The notes beneath the pieces were generated by a model. That model saw only the letters and a program-made list of their open reading frames with translations. It made no database searches and was not told the DNA's origin. A stretch of DNA of 31,654 nt, taken from the NCBI GenBank assembly GCA_964510425.1, contig CAZEBH010000001.1, positions 1 through 31,654 on the forward strand. Reading direction: 5' to 3'. A program made the position numbers and the translations under genes. Below are positions 15,293 through 24,617 of the stretch, in pieces (position 1 is the stretch's first letter; each line of letters begins with the position of its first letter). This stretch comes from an uncultured archaeon (GTDB taxonomy: Archaea; Iainarchaeota; Iainarchaeia; Iainarchaeales; Iainarchaeaceae).

Positions 15293-17101
15293 ATGGCTCG
15301 TGTGGCAGTGCTTGAGGCCGATAGGTGCATCAATGGCGATGGGTGCAATTTTATTTGCGGCAGCGTCTGCCCTGTGAACCGGGCAGGAAAGGAGTGTATA
15401 GTTCTTCCGCCAGATAAAGAGGGTTTTTCAGACACCGGGCCGAAAAGAAAAATCCCGATTATTAATGAGGGCCTTTGCATTGGCTGCAATATCTGCGTAA
15501 TAAAATGCCCGGTTGATTGCATCTACATTGAAAATCTTGTGCAGGAATTAAAAGAACCTCCCATTCACCGGTTCGGCGAAAATGCGTTCAGATTCTACAG
15601 GCTTCCAAATGTGCGCAAGGGCGAAGTCATAGGCCTTATCGGAAGGAATGGAATTGGCAAATCCACAATACTAAAAATTCTGACGGGCCAGTTAATTCCA
15701 AATCTTGGCAACTGGCAAAGGAAGAGTGAGTACGGTGCTGTTATGGATTTTTACCGCGGCAAGGAATTGCAGCAATACTTTTCAAGCCTGAAAAACAAAT
15801 CCATTAATGTTTCATACAAGCCGCAAAATATAACCGACATTCCAAAAGTTTTCAAGGGAAAGGTCAGCGAACTTCTATCAAAGGCCGATTCAAAAAACAG
15901 GCTGGGCGAAGTTGTTTCGCACCTTGGTATCGTAAAAATCCTGGACCGAAATCTCTCTGATTTGAGCGGGGGCGAGCTGCAGCGCGTTGCAATTGCGGCA
16001 GCCTGCTTGAAGGAGTCAGATTTTTATGCATTTGATGAGCCGACATCATATCTTGATGTGCGTGAGAGATTGAATGCGGCAAAACTCATTCGCTCCGTTG
16101 CGCAGGCGGGAAAGAGTGTTATGCTAATCGAGCATGACCTTGCAGTGCTTGATTATCTGAGCGATTATATTCATCTGCTTTACGGTAAAAAGGCGGCTTA
16201 CGGGATAGTTTCGGGCCCAAAGAGCGTTCGCAATGGAATCAATGAATTTTTGGAAGGTTTTGTGCGCGATGAGAATGTTCGGTTCAGAAAAGAGGAATTG
16301 AAATTTGAAGTGAAGCCAGCAGGCGATTTCAAGCGCAAAAAAGTTGCCGCCACCTATCCTGCCATGCGTAAAACTCTGGGCTCTTTTTCACTGCATGTAG
16401 AGGGCGGGGATTTGCGCGAATCAGAAGTTCTTGGCATTTTGGGGCCCAACGGGATTGGCAAGACAACATTTGTGAAAATGATTGCGGGCCTAATTAAGCC
16501 GGATTCCGGAAAGCCGGATTTTTCCCTTAAAGTTTCATACAAGCCCCAGTATCTTGCGCCTGTTGAGGGCATGAGTGTGGGCGAATTTGTTGAAGGGCAG
16601 GATATTGACCGCACGCTTTTTAATTCAGAAGTTGACAGAAAGCTCTCAATTACAGAGCTTGAGCACCACTCTTTAGAAGAGCTAAGTGGCGGGGAGCTGC
16701 AAAAGGTCGCGGTTGCAATGTCGCTTTGCAGAAGCGATGCGGATATCATACTTCTTGATGAGCCAAGTGCATTTGTTGATGTTGAGGAGCGCATAAATAT
16801 GGCGGATGCAAAACGCTCGGTTGCCGAGTCAAGGCGCAAAATCTGCATGGTGGTGGACCATGATTTGCTATTCCAGGATTATGTAAGTGATCGGCTCGTG
16901 GTTTTTTCGGGTGAGCCTTCGGTTAAGGGCTTTGCCGCAGGGGCTGTTTCAATGCACGATGGCATGAATGCATTCCTTGCACAGATGCAAATAACAATGA
17001 GGCGCGAACAATCAAACGGCCGCCCGAGGATTAACAAGTCCGGTTCGCAGCTAGACGAGGAGCAGAAGGCAGCCGGCGAATATTACTATGCGGTGCATTA
17101 A
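15293..17101 (+). CDS. rli: Ribosome recycling/translation ATPase ABCE1 (RLI)
   Basis: N-terminal Fe-S motifs (C..ICGSVCP, CIGCNICVIKCP) and two ABC domains (GRNGIGKST, LSGGELQ, FDEPT; GPNGIGKTT, LSGGELQ, LLDEPS). Confidence 0.96.
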   Translation: MARVAVLEADRCINGDGCNFICGSVCPVNRAGKECIVLPPDKEGFSDTGPKRKIPIINEGLCIGCNICVIKCPVDCIYIENLVQELKEPPIHRFGENAFRFYRLPNVRKGEVIGLIGRNGIGKSTILKILTGQLIPNLGNWQRKSEYGAVMDFYRGKELQQYFSSLKNKSINVSYKPQNITDIPKVFKGKVSELLSKADSKNRLGEVVSHLGIVKILDRNLSDLSGGELQRVAIAAACLKESDFYAFDEPTSYLDVRERLNAAKLIRSVAQAGKSVMLIEHDLAVLDYLSDYIHLLYGKKAAYGIVSGPKSVRNGINEFLEGFVRDENVRFRKEELKFEVKPAGDFKRKKVAATYPAMRKTLGSFSLHVEGGDLRESEVLGILGPNGIGKTTFVKMIAGLIKPDSGKPDFSLKVSYKPQYLAPVEGMSVGEFVEGQDIDRTLFNSEVDRKLSITELEHHSLEELSGGELQKVAVAMSLCRSDADIILLDEPSAFVDVEERINMADAKRSVAESRRKICMVVDHDLLFQDYVSDRLVVFSGEPSVKGFAAGAVSMHDGMNAFLAQMQITMRREQSNGRPRINKSGSQLDEEQKAAGEYYYAVH

Positions 17102-17173
17102 TTGCATGCAAGTATTCTGTGAGCGCCATTATTTTTGTAAAGCGACAGGCTGCAGGGAAAGAGGTTTCGTGTT

Positions 17174-18592
17174 ATGTGTTCGGTAATCGGGGTTTATTCA
17201 AAAAAGGGGGAGGATGTTTCGCACGAGGCATACAAACTGCTGGCTTCACTTTCCCGCCGGGGGCCGGAGGGCTTTGGTGTCAAAACACAAAAAGAGGAAA
17301 AAAAATCCGTTGCCCTAAAAGGCCTTCTACCGCTCCCAACGGGCAGTATAATTTTGGGCCATTGCCTGCTCTCAACTACAGGGTTTGCAGTTCAGCCAAT
17401 AACGCATTCAAAAATTTCAATAGCGCACAATGGGCAGATTTACAATTACAATGAAATCAACACATTCCAAAAAAAGCCATCCTCTGATTCAGAAGTGATT
17501 GCCAAGTTTTTTTCAAAAGGCCTGCAAAATAAAAATTTCAGTGCAGTTGCCCGGGAATTTTTCTCCAAAGTGGAGGGGGAATTTGCGGTTGGCGCCCTGT
17601 ACGGCAATAAGCTCTATGCTTTCAGGGATTTTTTGGGCTTAAAGCCGCTCTGGTATGGCGAGAATAACTCCCTAATCGCATTTGCTTCAGGGCCAGGTGC
17701 TCTTATGAAAATCGGCATTCAGTTCCCGCAGCCACTGCTGCCCGGATATCTTCTTGAAATTTCCAAAAAAGGCGCATTCACAAAACCAATTTGCACTTTG
17801 GCGGATTTCAAAAAATCAGTCCCAAAAAAACATCCGGCTGCCGCATTGAGGCGTGAATTTGAGAGGGCAATGGATTTGCAGTGCGCAGGCCTCAAAAAAG
17901 CCGCCGTGCTTTTTAGCGGCGGGGTTGATTCATCTCTAATTGCAAAGGCTGTTTCGCAAAGGGTTGGGCAAACCGTGCTCTTTGTTGCAGGAGTTGAGGG
18001 CAGTGATGATATAAAAAACGCAGATACTGCCTCGCGTGAACTCGGCCTTGTGCTTGAAAAAATAATCCTTTCTGAAGAGGAGATAAAATCACTTTCCTTG
18101 AAGTGCATGAAAATTCTCTCATTTTTCGATGAAATGCAAATTGGTCTTGCCGTGCCGGAGCTTGCATGCGCCGGGTGCATTTCCAAAATGGGTTTTAAGG
18201 TCGTTTTTTCAGGGCAGGGCAGCGATGAGATTTTCTGCGGCTATTCAAGTTATGCGAAATCGTTGGAAATCGGGGGGTATTTGCAGGTGAATTCGGATAT
18301 CTGGGCATCGCTTTCGCGCATGTGGTCGCGGAATTTTTATCGCGATGATGCAATCATTTCATCGTGCTCGCTTGAGCTTAGGGTGCCATTTATGGCAGGG
18401 GGTTTTTTGCGCGAGGCATTGGCAATTCCCGCGCAGCAAAAAATCCTCTCTGTTCAAGATCCGTTGCGAAAACATCCTCTGCGTGAGCTTGCAAAAAGCT
18501 ATGGTCTCTCAGACTACATTTGTTTACGCCCAAAAAAGTCCATGCAGTACGGTTCCGGCGTTCAAAAAATAGTTTCAAAATTACTGAATTGA
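17174..18592 (+). CDS. asnB: Asparagine synthetase (glutamine-hydrolysing), AsnB family
   Basis: N-terminal MCS Ntn-hydrolase Cys, RRGPE, HNGQIYNY, RDFLGLKPL, PP-loop FSGGVDSS, SGQGSDEIF, ELRVPF. Confidence 0.88.
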   Translation: MCSVIGVYSKKGEDVSHEAYKLLASLSRRGPEGFGVKTQKEEKKSVALKGLLPLPTGSIILGHCLLSTTGFAVQPITHSKISIAHNGQIYNYNEINTFQKKPSSDSEVIAKFFSKGLQNKNFSAVAREFFSKVEGEFAVGALYGNKLYAFRDFLGLKPLWYGENNSLIAFASGPGALMKIGIQFPQPLLPGYLLEISKKGAFTKPICTLADFKKSVPKKHPAAALRREFERAMDLQCAGLKKAAVLFSGGVDSSLIAKAVSQRVGQTVLFVAGVEGSDDIKNADTASRELGLVLEKIILSEEEIKSLSLKCMKILSFFDEMQIGLAVPELACAGCISKMGFKVVFSGQGSDEIFCGYSSYAKSLEIGGYLQVNSDIWASLSRMWSRNFYRDDAIISSCSLELRVPFMAGGFLREALAIPAQQKILSVQDPLRKHPLRELAKSYGLSDYICLRPKKSMQYGSGVQKIVSKLLN

Positions 18593-18629
18593 TTGACGTT
18601 TTTTTCAGTTTTATTAAAATTTATTTGAT

Positions 18630-19157
18630 TTAAGCTTTGCAGACCGTTGTTCTTGTCCCATTCTGGTATTCCATGCAGTTAGAAACCGAGTCGTTGATAT
18701 CGCAGTTTGCACCAAAATCAACCCAAAGCAATTTGCTGTAGCCAAAAGTTTTTGTGGCTGTAGAATTTGCGCCATTTATTTTTGTAAAGCATGTTAGCGT
18801 ACCAGCAACTGTTGCAGGATTTCCATTGCCAACTTGTGAGAGCATGAAACTGCACTGTGCAGGGCTTAATTTATTGAAATCATTTAGTGCTGAATCAAAT
18901 TCGGCTTTTACGTTGATTGAATTAAGTCCATTTAAGCAGCCGACTCGGGTTGCGTTCAAAACTTTTGTAGTTGCCTTATCCAGTATTCTAATTGCCTGTT
19001 CGGCCTTTATTGCGCTCTCGCGGCCTACCTGCATTTTGGCAAAAGTTGAGTTGTTGTTTTGCTCCATTATGGAAGAATTTATGGTAAAAACCAATAGAAT
19101 TATCGCCGCAACGGCCGTTATTGCTGCAATTGAGCCTCTCATTCTATGCCTGTGCAT
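18630..19157 (-). CDS. Pilin-like protein with atypical class III signal (RG|SIAAI)
   Basis: Basic N-terminus, Gly, hydrophobic helix, Cys-containing beta-rich extracellular part; last gene of an overlapping pilin run. Confidence 0.6.
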   Translation of the reverse strand: MHRHRMRGSIAAITAVAAIILLVFTINSSIMEQNNNSTFAKMQVGRESAIKAEQAIRILDKATTKVLNATRVGCLNGLNSINVKAEFDSALNDFNKLSPAQCSFMLSQVGNGNPATVAGTLTCFTKINGANSTATKTFGYSKLLWVDFGANCDINDSVSNCMEYQNGTRTTVCKA

Positions 19158-19423
19158 TTTTTCACCTTTGCAGATGTTTTATTCTGGGAATTGTAGTCAA
19201 AAACTTCTGAGCAATTAACGTTTTCTTTTGTTGAAGATGAAATGCTGCCAATCCCAAGAAGATATTCTGCCTGGGCTGCATCCGTTGATTTTGCATACAT
19301 TGCAGCGCGAGTTTTCCCATCATTTTCCGAAGCATTGTTAAAAAGTGAAACGCTTGCAAATAGGAGGGCAACAATTACAATTGCAAGCATTGCGTCATAG
19401 CTAAATATTATCCCGTGTTTCAT
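19139..19423 (-). CDS. Minor pilin-like protein (KHG|IIFSYD)
   Basis: Class III-like signal with TM helix. The ATG at 19423 overlaps the upstream stop codon (ATGA). Confidence 0.7.
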   Translation of the reverse strand: MKHGIIFSYDAMLAIVIVALLFASVSLFNNASENDGKTRAAMYAKSTDAAQAEYLLGIGSISSSTKENVNCSEVFDYNSQNKTSAKVKKCTGIE

Positions 19424-19965
19424 TTCCACACCTTGAGGGTTAAGACATTTTTGTGGTAAATCAACGTGCTGCATAATCCATAAATGCAGTTTTCATAATC
19501 TTTTTTTGTAAGCGAGATTTGTTGTTGGGCTAAAAAGTTGCGATCAACTGAAACCATGCTTCTATCGGGTGGCACAGGGTTTGTGCATCTTGGTTCAGCT
19601 CCTGTTGTCTGGCTCTGGATTGTGCCATTATCAAGGTCTTTCCAGCTTAAGTTGCAGCTAAAATCCGCTGGAATCATCATGTCAGATTTTGACATTGCCG
19701 TAAAAGTTGTATGCATGCAGCCATAAACCCTGTATCCCTGGGAAGCAAAGCCGATTTCAAGCGAGCACGGATTGCGTTCAAGTATCAGGGAACTGGCATT
19801 AGCCGCAATTGCCGCAAGCTCGTTTTGGGTCCTTGATTCTTTTTCTGCATTTGCTACTGTTTCATAATAATTCAGAAGCATCCCAATGGCAAGTACTGCA
19901 AGGCCTGCGGCTATCAGAAAATCAATAGAGAAAATCTGCCCTCTTTCTTTTTTCACTTTTGTCAT
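19420..19965 (-). CDS. Minor pilin-like protein (RG|QIFSID)
   Basis: Class III signal KKERGQIFSIDFLIAAGL and six cysteines in the C-terminal domain. Confidence 0.78.
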   Translation of the reverse strand: MTKVKKERGQIFSIDFLIAAGLAVLAIGMLLNYYETVANAEKESRTQNELAAIAANASSLILERNPCSLEIGFASQGYRVYGCMHTTFTAMSKSDMMIPADFSCNLSWKDLDNGTIQSQTTGAEPRCTNPVPPDRSMVSVDRNFLAQQQISLTKKDYENCIYGLCSTLIYHKNVLTLKVWK

Positions 19966-19966
19966 T

Positions 19967-20386
19967 TCATCCTCTCCTTATTGTGAATTGTTCCCCGCAG
20001 CTAAATGTCCTTGTGCCAGAGAGTGCTGTGCCATTAAGTTTAATCTCAAGATTTACATTTTCATATCCATAATTGTATGGGTCGGAAATTACATTCAAAT
20101 CGCCCTTGCCGCCTCCCGTAGCCGTAAATTGTATGGCGCAGTCGAGCTGTTTTGAGCTCTCCCCAATCCGCAATCTGGGCGAGCTGTATGGCATATCAAT
20201 TTCATAAGATTTTGCCGTGCCAACCGCGGAGTAGACATCAAGCAAGATTGATTTTACCCCGTTTTTAACCGAAATATCGTATGTTTGTGCGCTAAGGTTG
20301 CTGTTGTGGATATTTAACACTGCAAAAAAGCCGACCGCCACAAGAATTGCGAGTATTATATCAATGCTTGTCTGTCCTTTGGGCAT
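19967..20386 (-). CDS. Pilin-like protein (KG|QTSID)
   Basis: Class III signal MPKGQTSIDIILAIL. An upstream TTAAATA fits the ATG at 20386. Confidence 0.78.
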   Translation of the reverse strand: MPKGQTSIDIILAILVAVGFFAVLNIHNSNLSAQTYDISVKNGVKSILLDVYSAVGTAKSYEIDMPYSSPRLRIGESSKQLDCAIQFTATGGGKGDLNVISDPYNYGYENVNLEIKLNGTALSGTRTFSCGEQFTIRRG

Positions 20387-20494
20387 TTTAATCATAAGGG
20401 ATTTTTCTTATTTAAGATTAACTTATTGCCCATTAAAAGTGTTTGGGCGGTTTTTTTTCAGAAGGGTTAGAATTCAGATATTATCTGTTAGGAG

Positions 20495-21193
20495 TCATTC
20501 AAGATAGTAGTGTTTTAGTGGTACGAGGTTTTTATTCAGTTCATATACCAGCGGTTTTCCCGTGGCAATTTCAAGCTTTGGGATGTCTTCATCTGAAATA
20601 TTGTCAAGGTTTTTTACAATTGCCCGCAGGCTGTTCCCGTGCGCGCAGATAAGCACCGATTTTCCGCTTTTTATTGCAGGTGCAATGTCAGATTTCCAGA
20701 ATGGCATCACTCTCTTAATCGTGTCCTTCAGGCTCTCGCCTAGAGGTTTCTCAGAATTCTTAAGGCCGGCATATTGCGGTAGGTTGCCGGTGTATCGCGG
20801 GTCTTTTCTATCCAGCTTTGGCGGGCGTATTTCAAAACTCCTTCTCCACAAAAATACCTGCCCATCCCCGTATTTGTCCTGCATTTGCGCATGTCCAATT
20901 CCCTGCAGAGCCCCATAATGCCTCTCGTTTAGCCTCCAGCTATGCTTAATAGGTACCCACATTTGACCCATTGATTCAAGTGCAATCCATGCAGTTTTAA
21001 TAGACCTTTTCAGGATGGAGGTGTAGGCCACATCAAAAGAGTAATTATTCTTTTTTAGAATTTCTCCCGCCATTTTGCAGTCCGCTTCGCCTTTTTGAGT
21101 CATTCCAATATCTGTCCAGCCTGTAAATATTTTGTCAACATTGTACTGTGTTTCCCCGTGCCTTAAAAGAACCAGCTTGATTGTGTTTGTCAT
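20495..21193 (-). CDS. gpmA: 2,3-bisphosphoglycerate-dependent phosphoglycerate mutase
   Basis: LRHGE, FTGW.D, TSILKRS, WRLNERHYGALQG, WRRS, GESLKD, AHGNSLRA. Confidence 0.96.
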   Translation of the reverse strand: MTNTIKLVLLRHGETQYNVDKIFTGWTDIGMTQKGEADCKMAGEILKKNNYSFDVAYTSILKRSIKTAWIALESMGQMWVPIKHSWRLNERHYGALQGIGHAQMQDKYGDGQVFLWRRSFEIRPPKLDRKDPRYTGNLPQYAGLKNSEKPLGESLKDTIKRVMPFWKSDIAPAIKSGKSVLICAHGNSLRAIVKNLDNISDEDIPKLEIATGKPLVYELNKNLVPLKHYYLE

Positions 21194-21552
21194 TCCAAAA
21201 CCCTGAGTGTCATTTTTTTTCCTTTATTATCAAATGCCCGAATCGTATTAAAATCGTAGGGGTGTGAAATTATCAGGTGCACTTCGCCAAACTTTTCAAA
21301 CGACTCAAGATCGGCATCCGATGGATAATTATGCTCAGTCGGGTGGGAATGCACGGTGCCAATAATTGTGCGATCTATTGGCACATGCTCCATGCTATAC
21401 GACGCATAATTTTCTCCGAATACCGCAGGGACTATTACAAGTTCTTCAATTGTCTTGTTTTTGCCGCCTAGCATTGAGAAAAATTCCAGCGGGTGCACAT
21501 TTCTTGCGGCAATTATAATCGAATCAAGTGTTGGTCTGCGGATATTGTACAT
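21190..21552 (-). CDS. JAMM/MPN+ (Mov34) metalloprotease
   Basis: Catalytic E in HPLEF and motif HSHPTEHNYPSDAD (HxHx7Sx2D). Start placed at MYNIR after a GGGGGA SD-like run. Confidence 0.88.
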   Translation of the reverse strand: MYNIRRPTLDSIIIAARNVHPLEFFSMLGGKNKTIEELVIVPAVFGENYASYSMEHVPIDRTIIGTVHSHPTEHNYPSDADLESFEKFGEVHLIISHPYDFNTIRAFDNKGKKMTLRVLE

Positions 21553-21643
21553 TAATAATTTGAGTCCCCCCTTCATTAAAATATAGTGCAGGTCAATTAA
21601 ATAATTCGGCAATATTTCAGGGCTTGCTATAACTTGTCGCAAT

Positions 21644-22837
21644 TCAACCAAACCCCAGATAGAACGCAAGTGTGGGAAAAAGCAAAAAGGACATGCAGTG
21701 GCTCCTGCGCACTTTGCTGCCGAGGGCGTAAAGGGAAATGCCGGTACAAACACTGCAAGCGAGCAACCCTAGGGGTCCGGAAAAATAGTAAATCAGGGCA
21801 ACAATGAAAACCAATGTGCACGCTGTGACTTTTTTGTAGTCAAGTTTTTGCAGAATATTTAATGACGCCGAGGCAAACGACCCAATTACCGCCGCGCAAA
21901 ATCCGGCTGCCATAAGCGCAGTTGCAGAGAGCAGCAAAGCCGTATTGGTATCAAGCGGCATGGTTGTGCTCTCAAGTGCTGCTGCCATTCCGGTTCTTGT
22001 TTTGCCAAGTGCAAAAAGCATAATGGTGCTGAAAAATAAATTCCCGGTGTTTATTCCGCCATTTAGCACAAGATATTCCTGCGGCGAAATTTTGCGATAG
22101 GCTGCTTTCAGAATGGTTGCCGCTTGTGCAGGCCCAATTCCCGGAAAAACCGCCAGCAGTCCGGATGTCAACGCAGCAACAAAACCCAGATTGAGGTTTG
22201 CGTTTGCCTGCATTTTTTGCTGCCTTGGAATGCGGGTTTTTACACTGAGTGATTGCAAAAGGCCCGGCAGCCCAAAAAAACCAGTAACAAGAACAAAAAT
22301 CGGCTCTCTTATTCCGGAGCCTAAAAGAAACATTCCGGCAATCCCGGCGCAAAGAGAAACCGCAGCCGCCGCAAACTTATTTTGTTCCTCAATTATCATT
22401 AGTAATATAGTTCCGGTAACCAGTGCCGGAATTATTAGCGGGAAAAAGGCCGAGTAATTTTTTGCAAATGAAAAGAAGGCCAGTGCGAGTATTGCTGAAA
22501 AAAATATTGTGATAAGGCTTCCGAATGCGCTAAGATTAATTGCTTCCAGACCCCTGCCTTCAAGAAGCATCTTGTGTCCGGGGAGAATATTCAGCGAATT
22601 TTCCTCAGATGGCGCGCCTAGCAGAATACTTGGGATGGCGTCAAATATGGAGTGCGTTATGCTCATTGAGACAATAAACATCGCTATTCCAAGCCTGTTT
22701 TCAAATTGCAGAAAAAGTGCAATCAGTGCAATTGTGTTTGCATGAATTCCGGGGGCAAGACCTGTTATAATTCCCGCAAAAATTCCAAGTATTGCCCAGA
22801 TAATTTCTTCAATCAATTTCTCTGACCTTTTCAACAA
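21644..22837 (-). CDS. TctA-like (DUF112) tripartite tricarboxylate transporter permease
   Basis: GIITGLAPGIHAN, DAIPSILLGAP, LPGHKMLLEGRG motifs; polytopic hydrophobic profile. Confidence 0.85.
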   Translation of the reverse strand: MLKRSEKLIEEIIWAILGIFAGIITGLAPGIHANTIALIALFLQFENRLGIAMFIVSMSITHSIFDAIPSILLGAPSEENSLNILPGHKMLLEGRGLEAINLSAFGSLITIFFSAILALAFFSFAKNYSAFFPLIIPALVTGTILLMIIEEQNKFAAAAVSLCAGIAGMFLLGSGIREPIFVLVTGFFGLPGLLQSLSVKTRIPRQQKMQANANLNLGFVAALTSGLLAVFPGIGPAQAATILKAAYRKISPQEYLVLNGGINTGNLFFSTIMLFALGKTRTGMAAALESTTMPLDTNTALLLSATALMAAGFCAAVIGSFASASLNILQKLDYKKVTACTLVFIVALIYYFSGPLGLLACSVCTGISLYALGSKVRRSHCMSFLLFPTLAFYLGFG

Positions 22838-23165
22838 TGAGTTCTAATTCTCCCCTGTACTTTGAAATTGTTGCGATTGCCTCAATCGGCCTGTTTTCCA
22901 CAAGTACGTGCAGCTCATTTGCCTTCGGGTTGAAGAAAACCGATTTTATCGAGCCGCTATTTTCCATCCCAAAGAATGCATTGCCGTTTTTTATTTCAAG
23001 ATTTCTTATTGTGCCATAAAATTTTGCCTTCTGGCCTATGTTCATTTTTCCGATTTCCGATATTTTCATGGTTGGTTCATCAGGCATTGCAATAATAACT
23101 GCAAGAAAACCAAGGAGGGCAAGTGCCGCGCCAATTTTTGGCATATTTTCAAGTGCTATTTCCAT
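22809..23165 (-). CDS. Membrane-anchored OB-fold nucleic-acid-binding domain protein
   Basis: N-terminal TM helix, then IGQKAKFYGTI...GSIKSVFF...YRGELELIVEK OB-fold pattern. Confidence 0.72.
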   Translation of the reverse strand: MEIALENMPKIGAALALLGFLAVIIAMPDEPTMKISEIGKMNIGQKAKFYGTIRNLEIKNGNAFFGMENSGSIKSVFFNPKANELHVLVENRPIEAIATISKYRGELELIVEKVREID

Positions 23166-23230
23166 TATTCATATAACAAAGAAAAAGTATAAAAATACGT
23201 TGATTGACGAATTAATGGTTTTAGGGGTTT

Positions 23231-23935
23231 TTATGGCTCGTCACTTTCAATTGTATAGGTCAGGTTGCCAGTTGGCATGGTTATGTTGCAATTCTGGTAT
23301 GTGTCTACAACGCCAGTTATTAGTGTTGGGCAAGGTGTTTCCAGTCCGCCTTCATACGAAGAATTCTTTCCTAGGTCTAATGTCAGAATATACTCTCCGG
23401 CCGGCAGCTGCGTGCTTGCACAAAGAATCGTTGCGCCTCCGGTTCCTGTGCCCTCACTAACAGTACATGAAAAGCCCGGTGGATTTGATGTGATTGCCAT
23501 TCCGGCTTTTGTATTTCCCACTCTGTCGATATAAATTGTAAGGATTCCTGGCTGGGCAGAAGTGCTGCATGGTTGGCCGCATAAAAGCGAGGTTGGGTTA
23601 TTGTATGCAACGCAAACCGTTTTTGCCCCAAGATTTCTTGTTGTTTTCACGGCATCCTTCAATTTCGCGCTTAGGCTTAAATCATCCCCATTTGCAGCAG
23701 GGTCAGGCTTAATTGTGATGTTTAGCCGTATGTTTTCCGGGCATTCTGCAAAATCAACTTTTTTTACGTCATATTTTGTATTGAGTTTTTCTATTTCGGT
23801 TATGAGCTGTGAGCGTGTCGACGCTGCCGTGAATACGCTTTCCTGAAGTCCTGTGAATTTCCCAAGTACCATCATGGCAAGCAATATAGAAATGCTGATT
23901 ATGAGCACAAGTTCAATACTGGTCTGGCCCTTCAT
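23231..23935 (-). CDS. Pilin-like protein (KG|QTSIE) with an extra C-terminal Cys-containing beta domain
   Basis: Class III signal MKGQTSIELVL, 234 aa. The stop of the upstream pilin overlaps its start. Confidence 0.8.
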   Translation of the reverse strand: MKGQTSIELVLIISISILLAMMVLGKFTGLQESVFTAASTRSQLITEIEKLNTKYDVKKVDFAECPENIRLNITIKPDPAANGDDLSLSAKLKDAVKTTRNLGAKTVCVAYNNPTSLLCGQPCSTSAQPGILTIYIDRVGNTKAGMAITSNPPGFSCTVSEGTGTGGATILCASTQLPAGEYILTLDLGKNSSYEGGLETPCPTLITGVVDTYQNCNITMPTGNLTYTIESDEP

Positions 23936-24603
23936 TGGACCACACTAAAACCAGCAGTTATATTGCCAACGGGATTTTTGGAAATTGATGCGCTATAAAT
24001 TCCAGGTGCCAATGTTGCCGGAGTGCAGGTAAATTTTGGCCCCACGGCAATACTTCTGGTGCAGTTTGCCGATGCACCGTCACCATCGCCTTCGCAGGCC
24101 GCGATTCCCCTCCCGGATTTTAGTGTATACGTAAACTTGATGGAAGTGGAATCAGTTTGAGGTTCACATGAAATAATGCCTGCCGGTGGAACCACTATCT
24201 GGATTGCCTGTCTTGTTCCAGCTCCAGAAACTGAAACATATTGCACTGCGTTTGATATTTTTTGTGCAGAGACACTTATTTTTCCAATAGCGGCAACATC
24301 CTCGATTGAATTTGAGGCTGCATCGGCATTTGGCTGGATTATTGCGACAATATAACTAACCGAGACTAAAAGAATAAGTATGAATTCAACTGTTGCCTGT
24401 CCAGTCCGAGCTGCTCCTCGGAAGGGAGCGTCCACCTTCGGTAGGACTTGCTTTGCCCGAACTGCTCCTCCCAATCGGGGACCTGTTGGTCGGAAGGGAG
24501 CGTCCACCTTCGGTAGGACTTGTTTCGCCCGAGCTGCTCCTCCCAGTCGGGGACCTGTTGGTCGGAAGGGAGCGGACCTTCTTCGAGTGGTCCGGCTGCG
24601 CAT
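23932..24603 (-). CDS. Pilin-like protein (RTG|QATVE) with a 68-residue repeat-containing leader
   Basis: GQATVEFILILLVSVSY class III signal. Nearest in-frame ATG is 24603; in-frame GTGs lie inside the repeats, so the start is uncertain. Confidence 0.75.
   Translation of the reverse strand: MRSRTTRRRSAPFRPTGPRLGGAARAKQVLPKVDAPFRPTGPRLGGAVRAKQVLPKVDAPFRGAARTGQATVEFILILLVSVSYIVAIIQPNADAASNSIEDVAAIGKISVSAQKISNAVQYVSVSGAGTRQAIQIVVPPAGIISCEPQTDSTSIKFTYTLKSGRGIAACEGDGDGASANCTRSIAVGPKFTCTPATLAPGIYSASISKNPVGNITAGFSVVQ
24406..24593. repeat. 72-bp GC-rich tandem repeat (two full units plus partial units) in frame in the prepilin leader
   Basis: TCGGAAGGGAGCG recurs at 24418, 24490 and 24562. The two full units differ at 4 positions and encode APFRPTGPRLGGA(A/V)RAKQVLPKVD. 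Confidence 0.92.
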
Positions 24604-24617
24604 GTTTTGGAGTTTTT

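Noticed and set aside
24418-24430. CGGAAGGGAGC resembles helix 8 of archaeal SRP RNA
   Set aside because: The upstream CCAGG-type strand of the symmetric loop and the rest of the 7S fold are missing, and the word is tandemly repeated inside a pilin leader.
24406-24593. 72-bp periodic repeat as a CRISPR array
   Set aside because: The whole unit is repeated with no unique spacers, it stays in frame in a CDS, and there are no cas genes.
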